This document shows positions 8,637-15,917 of a DNA stretch of 64,000 nucleotides, piece by piece. Under the pieces are notes generated by a model. The model was not told the origin of the DNA. It saw nothing but the letters and a program-made list of their open reading frames with translations, and did no database searches. This stretch comes from an uncultured Anaerolineaceae bacterium (GTDB lineage: Bacteria; Chloroflexota; Anaerolineae; Anaerolineales; UBA11579). The position numbers were made by a program, and so were the translations under genes. Numbering within the stretch: the first letter of the stretch is position 1; each line of letters starts with the position of its first letter. The stretch is from the NCBI GenBank assembly GCA_964623375.1, contig CAZUTS010000002.1, positions 126,081 through 190,080 on the forward strand, read 5' to 3'.

Positions 8637-8702
8637 GCAGCTTCGCTGTGCGGGCGTTTCGAAAAATCACGAAACGCCATGCTGCCGGGTTTATACAACT
8701 AA

Positions 8703-8892
8703 ATACTCTTCGGGGCAGGGTGATTACGCATCGATAGCCAAAGCGGTGGAGTTTGCGTAGCAAACTCCATTAGCAGCGGCGCCAGCCGCTGCGTAAAATT
8801 CCCGATCGGTGGTACAGCCCACGAGCGCTCCATGAGCGCAGGATCCGGTGAAACTCCGGGGCCGACGGTATAGTCCGGATGAAAGAAGACGC
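8703..8892 (+). promoter_or_regulatory. FMN riboswitch (RFN element) with a 73-nt insertion in L2
   Basis: Matches the RFN consensus blocks: ctcttcggggcagggtga[..]aattcccgatcggtggtacagcccacgagcg ... ggatccggtgaaactccggggccgacggtatagtccggatgaaagaag. Confidence 0.88.
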
Positions 8893-8970
8893 GGAGTTCG
8901 AAGACTCCGCAAGGCAAGTGGCCTGCTTTTACGCAAGCTGCTGGCCTGCGCATTGTGCGTAGCTCTTTCT

Positions 8971-9006
8971 ATGCCCCAAAAGCATTTGCTTTTGGGGCAT
9001 TTTGTT
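8971..9006 (+). terminator. Intrinsic terminator 1 of the riboswitch expression platform
   Basis: atgccccaaaagca-tt-tgcttttggggcat (14-bp perfect stem) followed by tttgtt. Confidence 0.75.
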
Positions 9007-9046
9007 GGAGCGCGTGCCACGTGCTGTTTGTGCTATGCACAATCCA

Positions 9047-9082
9047 CAGCCCCGATGGATTCTATCGGGGCTGTTTTGTTTT
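9047..9082 (+). terminator. Intrinsic terminator 2 (tandem)
   Basis: cagccccgat-ggattct-atcggggctg followed by ttttgtttt, 20 nt before ATG 9103. Confidence 0.7.
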
Positions 9083-9102
9083 GCGAGAGGTTGCAAGTAC
9101 GT

Positions 9103-9909
9103 ATGAAACGTAGTCGAGATCACAAGGGGATGCATGCTGGGTTACTGGCTCTGCTGACGGCTGCTGTGGCCTTGCTGGCCTGGGAGCTGGTGGTGCGTGT
9201 TTCCCAGCTGCCCGCCTTCATTTTGCCCGGCCCGGGTATCGTGTGGGCGCGGCTGCTGACTGCACTGGCCGATGGCAGCCTACTGCGCCACTTGTGGGTC
9301 ACTCTGCAAGAGGTGCTGCTCGGTCTGGCTCTCGGCACGCTAGTGGCCAGCCTGCTGGGATACTGGTTGGCGCGCTCGCCGCGCTGGGAACGTTTGCTGG
9401 CCCCATTCGTGGTGGCCAGCCAATCGGTGCCTATCGTGGCGCTGGCGCCGCTGCTGGTGATCTGGTTCGGGCCCGGTTTGCTCTCCAAGACGCTCATCTG
9501 CGCACTCATCGTTTTCTTCCCTATCCTTATCAACACCATCATTGGCCTCAAGAGCGTGCCGCAGGACTTGCGTGACCTGATGCGCTCCTTGCAGGCCAGC
9601 CGTGCGCAGACCCTGTGCCTGCTCGAGCTGCCCGCCGCGCTGCCCGTGCTGCTGGGCGGGCTGCGTATCGGCGCTACGCTCTCGGTCATTGGCGCGGTGG
9701 TGGGCGAGCTGGTGGGCGCTGACCGCGGCCTGGGCTTCCTCATCAACGTCGGCCGCGGCCAGTACGACACGGCGCTCGTCTTTGTGGCCGTGTTCGCTTT
9801 AGTTGCTATGGCTTTGCTGCTGTACGGCTTGGTTGTGCTGGCGGAGCGCCGCTGGTTATGGTGGCAACAAAAATCCAATTCACTCTCATTATTTTCTGGA
9901 GAACAATGA
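9103..9909 (+). CDS. ABC transporter permease, NitT/TauT (BPD_transp_1) family; candidate riboflavin importer permease (RibX-like)
   Basis: In-frame ATG at 9103, downstream of the terminators; the track ORF start at 8848 would run through the riboswitch. Multi-TM. Downstream of the FMN riboswitch. Confidence 0.75.
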   Translation: MKRSRDHKGMHAGLLALLTAAVALLAWELVVRVSQLPAFILPGPGIVWARLLTALADGSLLRHLWVTLQEVLLGLALGTLVASLLGYWLARSPRWERLLAPFVVASQSVPIVALAPLLVIWFGPGLLSKTLICALIVFFPILINTIIGLKSVPQDLRDLMRSLQASRAQTLCLLELPAALPVLLGGLRIGATLSVIGAVVGELVGADRGLGFLINVGRGQYDTALVFVAVFALVAMALLLYGLVVLAERRWLWWQQKSNSLSLFSGEQ

Positions 9910-11045
9910 AAAACTCTGATTCACTCACTGTCTTTGCGAGCCGCTTTACGGCGAAGCAATCCCCAATTGGGATTGCAAGACAGGCTTGGGGATTATGCAA
10001 TCTAAGATTGCTTCGTCCGTTTGCCGCAAGCGGCAATACTCCTCGCAATGACAAAGCTCCTAGACGCGCTACCCGTGTGACTTTAACCCTGATCGCGGCT
10101 AGCTTGCTGTTGGCCGCCTGTGGCGCAACGGCTGCACCAGCGGGGCCGGTGGAAACTATCCGCCTGCCGATGGGATACATTCCCAACGTACAGTACGCAC
10201 CGTTCTATGTTGCCGTTGAGCGCGGGTACTTTGCCGAGGCAGGCTACGCCATTGAGTTTGACTACAGCTTCGAAACAGATGGCGTGGCTTTAGTGGGCGC
10301 GGGCCAGCTACCCTTTGCGGTCGTCTCCGGCGAGCAGGTACTGCTCGGCCGTGCGGCAGGTTTGCCCATCGTCTATGTGGGCGCGTGGTACCAGGAGTTT
10401 CCGGTGGCTGTGGTGGCGATGGCGGACAGTGGCATCAGCGCCCCACAGGATCTCAAAGGCGCGCGCATTGGCCTGCCCGGCCTGTTCGGCGCTACCTACA
10501 TCGGCCTGCGTGCGCTGTTGAGCCAGCGCAGCATTCTCGAAGCCGATGTGCAGCTCGATTCGATTGGCTTCAATCAAGTGCAGGCGCTGGCCGCCGGGCA
10601 AGAAGATGCCGTGGTGGGCTACGTCAACAATGAGCCTATCCAGCTAGAGGCCCAAGGCTACGACGTCACCGTGCTGCACGTGGCCGATTATGTGGACCTG
10701 GCTGCCAATGGCATCCTCACCAACGAGAGCATGCTGGCTGAGCAGCCTGAGCGCGTGCGCGGCTTTGTGCGTGCCTTCCTGCGCGGCCTGGCCGACACCA
10801 TTGCTGACCCTGAGGCCGCGTACCAGATCTCCACAAAATACGTAGAAGGGCTGGCCGCGCTGGACAAAGACACCCAGATGGCCGTGCTGACCCTATCCAT
10901 TGAATCGTGGCAGGCCGAGCCGCTGGGTTACTCCAGCCCGCAAGCCTGGGAGAACATGCACGCCGTGTTGCTGGAGATGGGCATGCTGACCCAGCCGCTG
11001 GATGTGAGCGCCGCCTTCACCAACGAGTACCTGCCGGCTGACTAA
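9906..11045 (+). CDS. ABC substrate-binding lipoprotein, NMT1/THI5/ThiY-like; candidate riboflavin-binding RibY-like
   Basis: ATGA overlap with the permease stop and GGAG RBS. Lipobox 'LLLAAC'. 'GYIPNVQYAPFYVAVERGYF' is typical of NMT1/ThiY-type SBPs. Confidence 0.7.
   Translation: MKNSDSLTVFASRFTAKQSPIGIARQAWGLCNLRLLRPFAASGNTPRNDKAPRRATRVTLTLIAASLLLAACGATAAPAGPVETIRLPMGYIPNVQYAPFYVAVERGYFAEAGYAIEFDYSFETDGVALVGAGQLPFAVVSGEQVLLGRAAGLPIVYVGAWYQEFPVAVVAMADSGISAPQDLKGARIGLPGLFGATYIGLRALLSQRSILEADVQLDSIGFNQVQALAAGQEDAVVGYVNNEPIQLEAQGYDVTVLHVADYVDLAANGILTNESMLAEQPERVRGFVRAFLRGLADTIADPEAAYQISTKYVEGLAALDKDTQMAVLTLSIESWQAEPLGYSSPQAWENMHAVLLEMGMLTQPLDVSAAFTNEYLPAD
9928..10056. repeat. Composite family-A repeat (unit, spacer, inverted unit) lying in frame inside the 5' end of the SBP gene
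   Basis: ctgtctttgcgagccgctttacggcgaagcaatcccc ... gattgcttcgtccgtttgccgcaagcggcaatactcctcgcaatgacaaag. Same architecture as 35295-35388. Confidence 0.8.
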
Positions 11046-11806
11046 TGCCTGCTGCCAAGACCGCTCCCTTGCTTTCGGTAGAGAAGCTCTCGGCCAGCTT
11101 TGCTGACCGCACGGGCCAGCTCTCCGTGCTGCGCAACGTGACTTTCAGCGTGCCGCGCGGCCAGTTCCTGTGCGTGCTCGGCCCGTCTGGCTCGGGCAAG
11201 AGCACGCTGCTGCGCCTCTTGGCGGGCTTGTTGCCCGCCAACCGCGGCCGCATTCACTTCGCTGGCCAGCCTGTGGACGGCGCACAGGCTGGGGTGGGGC
11301 TAGTGTTCCAGGACGCCAACCTGATGCCCTGGCGCACCGCGCTCGATAACGTGGCCCTACCGCTGGAGCTGCGCAATGACCCTGATGCGATCGACCGTGC
11401 CTGGGACATGCTGCAGCTCGTCGGCTTGCAGGGTTTTGAGCAGGCGCTGCCCAGCCAACTTTCCGGCGGTATGGCGCAACGCGTGGCGATTGGCCGCGCC
11501 TTGGTGCAAGACCCGCAGCTGCTGCTGCTGGACGAGCCGTTTGGCTCGTTGGATGCGCTCACGCGCGAGAAGATGGGCGAGGAGCTGCTGCGCATCTGGG
11601 AGCTGGAGCACAAGACGGTGGTGATGGTCACGCATGACATCAACGAGGCGCTCTACCTTGCGGACCGCGTGCTGGTGCTCGGCAAGCGCCCGGCCAGCAT
11701 CAAGCTGGATATGCCTGTCAGCCTGGCGCGCCCGCGCCGCCCCGAGCTGCGCTATTCGCCCGCCTTTGGGCGCATGGCGGCGCAATTACGCGCAGCCATC
11801 GAATAG
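11045..11806 (+). CDS. ABC transporter ATP-binding protein (NitT/TauT family)
   Basis: 253 aa. 'GPSGSGKSTLL', 'LSGGMAQRVAIGRAL', 'LLLLDEPFGSLD'. TAATG overlap with the SBP stop. Confidence 0.9.
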   Translation: MPAAKTAPLLSVEKLSASFADRTGQLSVLRNVTFSVPRGQFLCVLGPSGSGKSTLLRLLAGLLPANRGRIHFAGQPVDGAQAGVGLVFQDANLMPWRTALDNVALPLELRNDPDAIDRAWDMLQLVGLQGFEQALPSQLSGGMAQRVAIGRALVQDPQLLLLDEPFGSLDALTREKMGEELLRIWELEHKTVVMVTHDINEALYLADRVLVLGKRPASIKLDMPVSLARPRRPELRYSPAFGRMAAQLRAAIE

Positions 11807-11843
11807 CAGGCGGTATAATCTCTCTGAAAGTGAGAGATTGCAC

Positions 11844-12368
11844 ATGAGCAGCACAAGTCTTGCACAGCCTCTACCCACCGGTCTCGGCAACAAGAAGTTC
11901 ATCATCGGTGGTGTGCTCATCCTGGCCGCGGTGGTTTATCTGATTATTAGCTCTACCGCTGCAGGCGCTCAATTCTTCTTCACAATTGACGAACTTAACG
12001 AGCGCGGCAGCGAAGCTGTGGGCAAACCCGCCCGCGTGGCTGGCGCCGTGCTGGGTGACACGATTGAGTACGACCCTGAAACGCTCACCCTGACCTTCAC
12101 CATGGTGCACATGCCCGCCGATACCCGCCTCATCAACGATGACGGCGGCTTGGCCAAGGCGCTGTACGAAGCCGTGAACGACCCCACGCGTGCCCGCTTG
12201 CAGGTGCAGTATGTGGGCGTCAAGCCTGATTTGCTGGCCCATGAGGTGGAAGCCATTGTGGCGGGCAAACTGGGCGAGGATGGCATGTTCTACGCCGACG
12301 AGAACGGTTTGCTGCTGCGCTGCCCCACGCGCTATGAAGAGGCTTTGCCTGCCCAGGCCGGCGAATAG
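11844..12368 (+). CDS. ccmE: Cytochrome c maturation heme chaperone CcmE, CxxxY variant
   Basis: 174 aa from ATG 11844. N-terminal TM. 'VQYVGVKPDLL...IVAGKL' aligns to E. coli '[23 protein letters not shown]'. 'LLRCPTRY' sits in place of 'LAKHDENY'. Confidence 0.8.
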   Translation: MSSTSLAQPLPTGLGNKKFIIGGVLILAAVVYLIISSTAAGAQFFFTIDELNERGSEAVGKPARVAGAVLGDTIEYDPETLTLTFTMVHMPADTRLINDDGGLAKALYEAVNDPTRARLQVQYVGVKPDLLAHEVEAIVAGKLGEDGMFYADENGLLLRCPTRYEEALPAQAGE

Positions 12369-12389
12369 CCTTCTCAACCCCAACGTACA

Positions 12390-14501
12390 ATGATTGCAGA
12401 TCTTGGTTTCTTTGCGCTGCTGGTGGCTTTCCTGCTGGCGCTGTATGCCTGCGTGGCTGCTGCCGTAGGGCACTGGCGTAAGCAGCAACGCTGGGTTAGC
12501 AGTGCGCGTGCTGCCGCCATGCTCGGTTTCCCGCTGCTCACCGTAGCGTGTGCCAGCTTGGTCTATTCGCTGGTCACTCTTGATTTCCACTTGCAGTACG
12601 TCACCCAGGTGAGCAGCCACAGCATGCCGCTCTACCTGCGTGCTACCGCGTTGTGGGGTGGGCAGGCCGGCTCGCTGCTCTTCTGGTCCTGGCTGATGGC
12701 CGCCTTCACCTTTGCCGTCATGCTGCGTGAATGGCGGCGTGATCGTGACCTGCAGCCGTGGGTCATCATCGTCACCTCCGCCACGTTGGCCTTCTTCCTG
12801 ACGCTCATCCTCTTCTTTGAGAATCCCTTCCTGCGCTACTGGCAGGGCATCACTGGCACGGTGTGGACGGCGATGTGGCAGCCCGCAGGCGCCCAGGCGT
12901 ACATCCCCATGGACGGCAACGGCCTCAATCCGCTGCTACGCCACCCGGGCATGATCATTCACCCGCCCATGCTGTATATCGGCTTTGTGGCCTTTGTGGT
13001 GCCGTTCGCTTTCGCCATCGCTGCCCTGGTCACCGGGCGCAGCGATGACCGCTGGATCCGTGTCACGCGCCGCTGGACGCTGATCGCCTGGCTGTTCCTC
13101 TCGCTCGGCCTGATCCTGGGCAGCCGCTGGGCCTACGATGTGCTGGGCTGGGGCGGCTACTGGGGCTGGGACCCGGTGGAGATCGCTGCGTTCATGCCCT
13201 GGCTCACCGGCACGGCCTTTTTGCATTCGGTGATGATCCAGGAGAAGCGCGGCATGTTCAAGCACTGGAACATGCTGCTCATCATCTTGACCTATTGTCT
13301 GGTCATCTTCGGCACCTTCCTCACACGTTCGGGGGTGCTGTCGTCTGTGCACGCCTTTGCGCAAAGCGCCATCGGGCCGATGTTCTTTGGCTTCATAGCG
13401 CTCACTTTCATCATTTCGCTGGCGCTGCTCAATAAGCGCTGGGGCACGTTGAGATCCGAAGTGGAGATGACCTCGCTGCTCTCACGCGAGTCGCTCTTCC
13501 TTATAAATAATCTGCTCTTCATGGGCATTCTGCTGATCTGCTTCTGGGGCGTAGTTTTCCCTATCGTGAGCGAAGCCAGCGGCGGCATTGGCCGCGCCAT
13601 CCCCGCCCTGGCGCACATTTTTACCGGGCAGCGCGCCACGGTTGGCCCCATCTTCTATGAGAGCGCCACCGGCCCGCTGTGGGCGGCCTTGCTGCTGCTG
13701 ATGGGCGTGGCCCCCTTGGCCGCCTGGCGCGCCTCCACGGCGCGCACGCTGGGGCGCGCCATCTGGAAGCCCTTCATCGTCTCGCTGGTGGTGCTGGCTG
13801 GCATGCTGCTGGGCGGCATGCGCAACGCGCTGGGCTTGCTCTCGCTGTGGATCTGTGCGTTTGTGCTGCTGGTGACCGTCTACGAGTTCTGGCGCGGCGC
13901 GCAAGCTCGCGTGAACCGTGGCGAGACCCCCTTACAGGCTTTCTGGCGCCTGATTGGCCGCAACCGCCGCCGCTATGGCGGCTATATCATTCACCTCGGC
14001 GTAATCCTTATCGCGGTGGGCATTATTGGTATTGAGCTCTTCCAGCAAGAGACGCAGGGCAGCCTGGCTGTGGGCGAGCGCATGCACCTGGGCAGCTACA
14101 GCGTGGAGTACGAATCACTAGCGGAGTTTGAAACGCCGGATGGCCGTTTGGTGGACCGCGCCGTGGTCAACGTCTACAAAGACGGGGCGTACCTGACCCA
14201 GCTCTACCCACGGCGTGACTTCTATTACGAATCACAGCAAGCCATGACCATTCCCGGCTTGCGCAGCACCGTTGAGAACGATGTGTACATCCTGCTGGTG
14301 GATTGGGAAGTGGTGAGCGCCAGCAGCGCCACCTTCAAAGTGTATGTCAATCCGCTGGTGAATTGGATCTGGTACGGCGGCTTTGTCTTCATCTTCGGCA
14401 CGCTGGTCGCTTCGTGGCCGGATGCCGAGCTGCGCCCGGCGCGCCAACGCGTGCGCGCCAGCAGCAACGCGAGGCGGGCTAGCAATGTGGAGCGCGCATG
14501 A
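12390..14501 (+). CDS. ccmF: Cytochrome c-type biogenesis protein CcmF (heme lyase)
   Basis: 703 aa polytopic. WWD motif 'WGGYWGWDPVE'. Confidence 0.9.
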   Translation: MIADLGFFALLVAFLLALYACVAAAVGHWRKQQRWVSSARAAAMLGFPLLTVACASLVYSLVTLDFHLQYVTQVSSHSMPLYLRATALWGGQAGSLLFWSWLMAAFTFAVMLREWRRDRDLQPWVIIVTSATLAFFLTLILFFENPFLRYWQGITGTVWTAMWQPAGAQAYIPMDGNGLNPLLRHPGMIIHPPMLYIGFVAFVVPFAFAIAALVTGRSDDRWIRVTRRWTLIAWLFLSLGLILGSRWAYDVLGWGGYWGWDPVEIAAFMPWLTGTAFLHSVMIQEKRGMFKHWNMLLIILTYCLVIFGTFLTRSGVLSSVHAFAQSAIGPMFFGFIALTFIISLALLNKRWGTLRSEVEMTSLLSRESLFLINNLLFMGILLICFWGVVFPIVSEASGGIGRAIPALAHIFTGQRATVGPIFYESATGPLWAALLLLMGVAPLAAWRASTARTLGRAIWKPFIVSLVVLAGMLLGGMRNALGLLSLWICAFVLLVTVYEFWRGAQARVNRGETPLQAFWRLIGRNRRRYGGYIIHLGVILIAVGIIGIELFQQETQGSLAVGERMHLGSYSVEYESLAEFETPDGRLVDRAVVNVYKDGAYLTQLYPRRDFYYESQQAMTIPGLRSTVENDVYILLVDWEVVSASSATFKVYVNPLVNWIWYGGFVFIFGTLVASWPDAELRPARQRVRASSNARRASNVERA

Positions 14502-14971
14502 AGCGGCTCGGCCTCTTGTTTGCGTTGAGCCTGCTGTTGGCCGCCTGTGCTGGCAGCCCGGCGGCAATTCAGTCTGCGCAGCAGGGTAGTGCTCCAAGCG
14601 CAGATCGGGTCAATGCGGTTGCCAAGAACCTGTACTGCCCGGTGTGCGCCAACGTGCCGCTGGATGTGTGCGGCACGGCGGCCTGTGTCCAGTGGCGCGG
14701 CCAGATCGCTGAGCTGCTTGCCGAAGGCTACAGCGAGCAGCAAGTCTATGACTATTTTGCCGCCCAGTACGGCCAGGGCGTGCTGGCGCTGCCGCCGGCG
14801 CGTGGCCTGAACTGGCTGGTCTATCTCATTCCCCCGCTGGGTATTGGCGTGGCCGCACTCTTCCTTGGGCGCAACCTCAAACGCTGGAAGCAGCCTGCGG
14901 CCACCAGCCAGACGAAGCTCGATGATGACTATGCGCGCAAGCTTGAAGAAGAGCTCGAGGCGCGCCGGTAA
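14498..14971 (+). CDS. ccmH: Cytochrome c biogenesis protein CcmH/NrfF family
   Basis: 157 aa. Signal peptide 'LLLAAC', 'LYCPVCANVPLDVC' (CxxC). 'QIAELLAEGYSEQQVYDYFAAQYG' aligns to the E. coli CcmH N-domain. C-terminal TM. Confidence 0.8.
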   Translation: MKRLGLLFALSLLLAACAGSPAAIQSAQQGSAPSADRVNAVAKNLYCPVCANVPLDVCGTAACVQWRGQIAELLAEGYSEQQVYDYFAAQYGQGVLALPPARGLNWLVYLIPPLGIGVAALFLGRNLKRWKQPAATSQTKLDDDYARKLEEELEARR

Positions 14972-14976
14972 CGGTA

Positions 14977-15522
14977 ATGACTGAAAACAAGAAACCTGTA
15001 TCCATTGTAGGGCGCGTGCTGGCCTGGGGTCTGCTGTTGGCCTTGCTAACCCTGGTGGCCATCCAACTGCGCAGCTCGCTGCAAGGTATCCTGACGCGCG
15101 GTGAGCAGGCGCCGGCCTTCACGCTCACCACCTTTGACGGCCAGACTGTGCGCAGCGAGGATTTGCTCGGCAAAGTCGTGCTGCTCAATATCTGGGCCTC
15201 GTGGTGTGCGCCCTGTATCGAAGAAGCTGCTCATCTGGAGCAGGCCTGGCAGCATTATAAGGACCGCGGCGATGTGGTCTTCCTCGGTTTGGCCTATGTG
15301 GACACTGAAAAAGAATCGCTGGCCTTTATTGAGGAGCACAATATCACCTACCTGAACGGGCCAGACCTCGGCACTACCATTTACACCGCTTTCCGGGCGC
15401 GTGGTGTGCCGGAGACCTTTGTCATCAACAAATATGGTGAGATTGCCTCGGTCAAGATCGGGCCATATCTCTCTGTTGAAGAAATCACCACGGTCATTGA
15501 CCGTTTGCTTGAGCTTGAATAA
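14977..15522 (+). CDS. Thiol:disulfide oxidoreductase, TlpA/ResA/CcmG (DsbE) family
   Basis: 181 aa. N-terminal TM, 'WASWCAPC' thioredoxin motif, 'GVPETFVI'. Confidence 0.85.
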   Translation: MTENKKPVSIVGRVLAWGLLLALLTLVAIQLRSSLQGILTRGEQAPAFTLTTFDGQTVRSEDLLGKVVLLNIWASWCAPCIEEAAHLEQAWQHYKDRGDVVFLGLAYVDTEKESLAFIEEHNITYLNGPDLGTTIYTAFRARGVPETFVINKYGEIASVKIGPYLSVEEITTVIDRLLELE

Positions 15523-15917
15523 TGGATCTCGGTTCACTACTCCTGTTTGTCGCGCTGCTGGTCATTTGCGCGCTGTACGTCGCCCGCCCGCTGCTCTCTG
15601 AGGCTGATGAGGACATCAGCCCTGAACTAGCCAACCTGCAGGCTGAGCACGCCCGTGTGCTGGAAGCCTTGCTGGAGCTGGATGCGGACTGGGAACTGGG
15701 CAAAGTGCCTGAGGAGATCTACCACCCCCAGCGCCAGCAACTGCTGGCCGAGGGTGCGGCCGTTTTGCGTGCCCTTGAAAAAGTGGATGTGGATACAGTG
15801 CCTGCCGCCAGCCAGCCGGCGGATGCCGATGAGCTCGAAGCCATGATCGCCAGCTACCGCAAACAGGCCAAGAAGACTTCCAAGCCAGCGCCCAAGAAGG
15901 GCGGGCGCAAGAAGTGA
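15522..15917 (+). CDS. Small membrane protein, CcmI/CycH N-terminal-like, with a polybasic tail
   Basis: 131 aa. N-terminal TM, then 'LDADWELGKVPEEIYHPQRQQL' (CcmI-like juxtamembrane helix). C-terminal 'KQAKKTSKPAPKKGGRKK'. Confidence 0.45.
   Translation: MDLGSLLLFVALLVICALYVARPLLSEADEDISPELANLQAEHARVLEALLELDADWELGKVPEEIYHPQRQQLLAEGAAVLRALEKVDVDTVPAASQPADADELEAMIASYRKQAKKTSKPAPKKGGRKK

Noticed and set aside
8700-8900. My first impression was a cobalamin or TPP riboswitch, because of 'ggtgaaactcc' and the ThiY-like transporter downstream.
   Set aside because: Block-by-block comparison fits the RFN/FMN consensus (cttcggggcagggtgaaattccc...gccgacagt.tagtc.ggatg..agaag). It does not fit the B12 box or the TPP 'ctgaga...accc' core.
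8848-9102. N-terminal 85 codons of track ORF 8848-9909.
   Set aside because: This part overlaps the riboswitch 3' half and both terminators. The real permease start is the in-frame ATG at 9103.
11634-11843. N-terminal extension of the ccmE ORF overlapping the ABC ATPase gene.
   Set aside because: It is an out-of-frame overlap with a well-supported ATPase. ATG 11844 follows a TATAAT (11814) and gives a CcmE-length protein beginning with the expected TM anchor.
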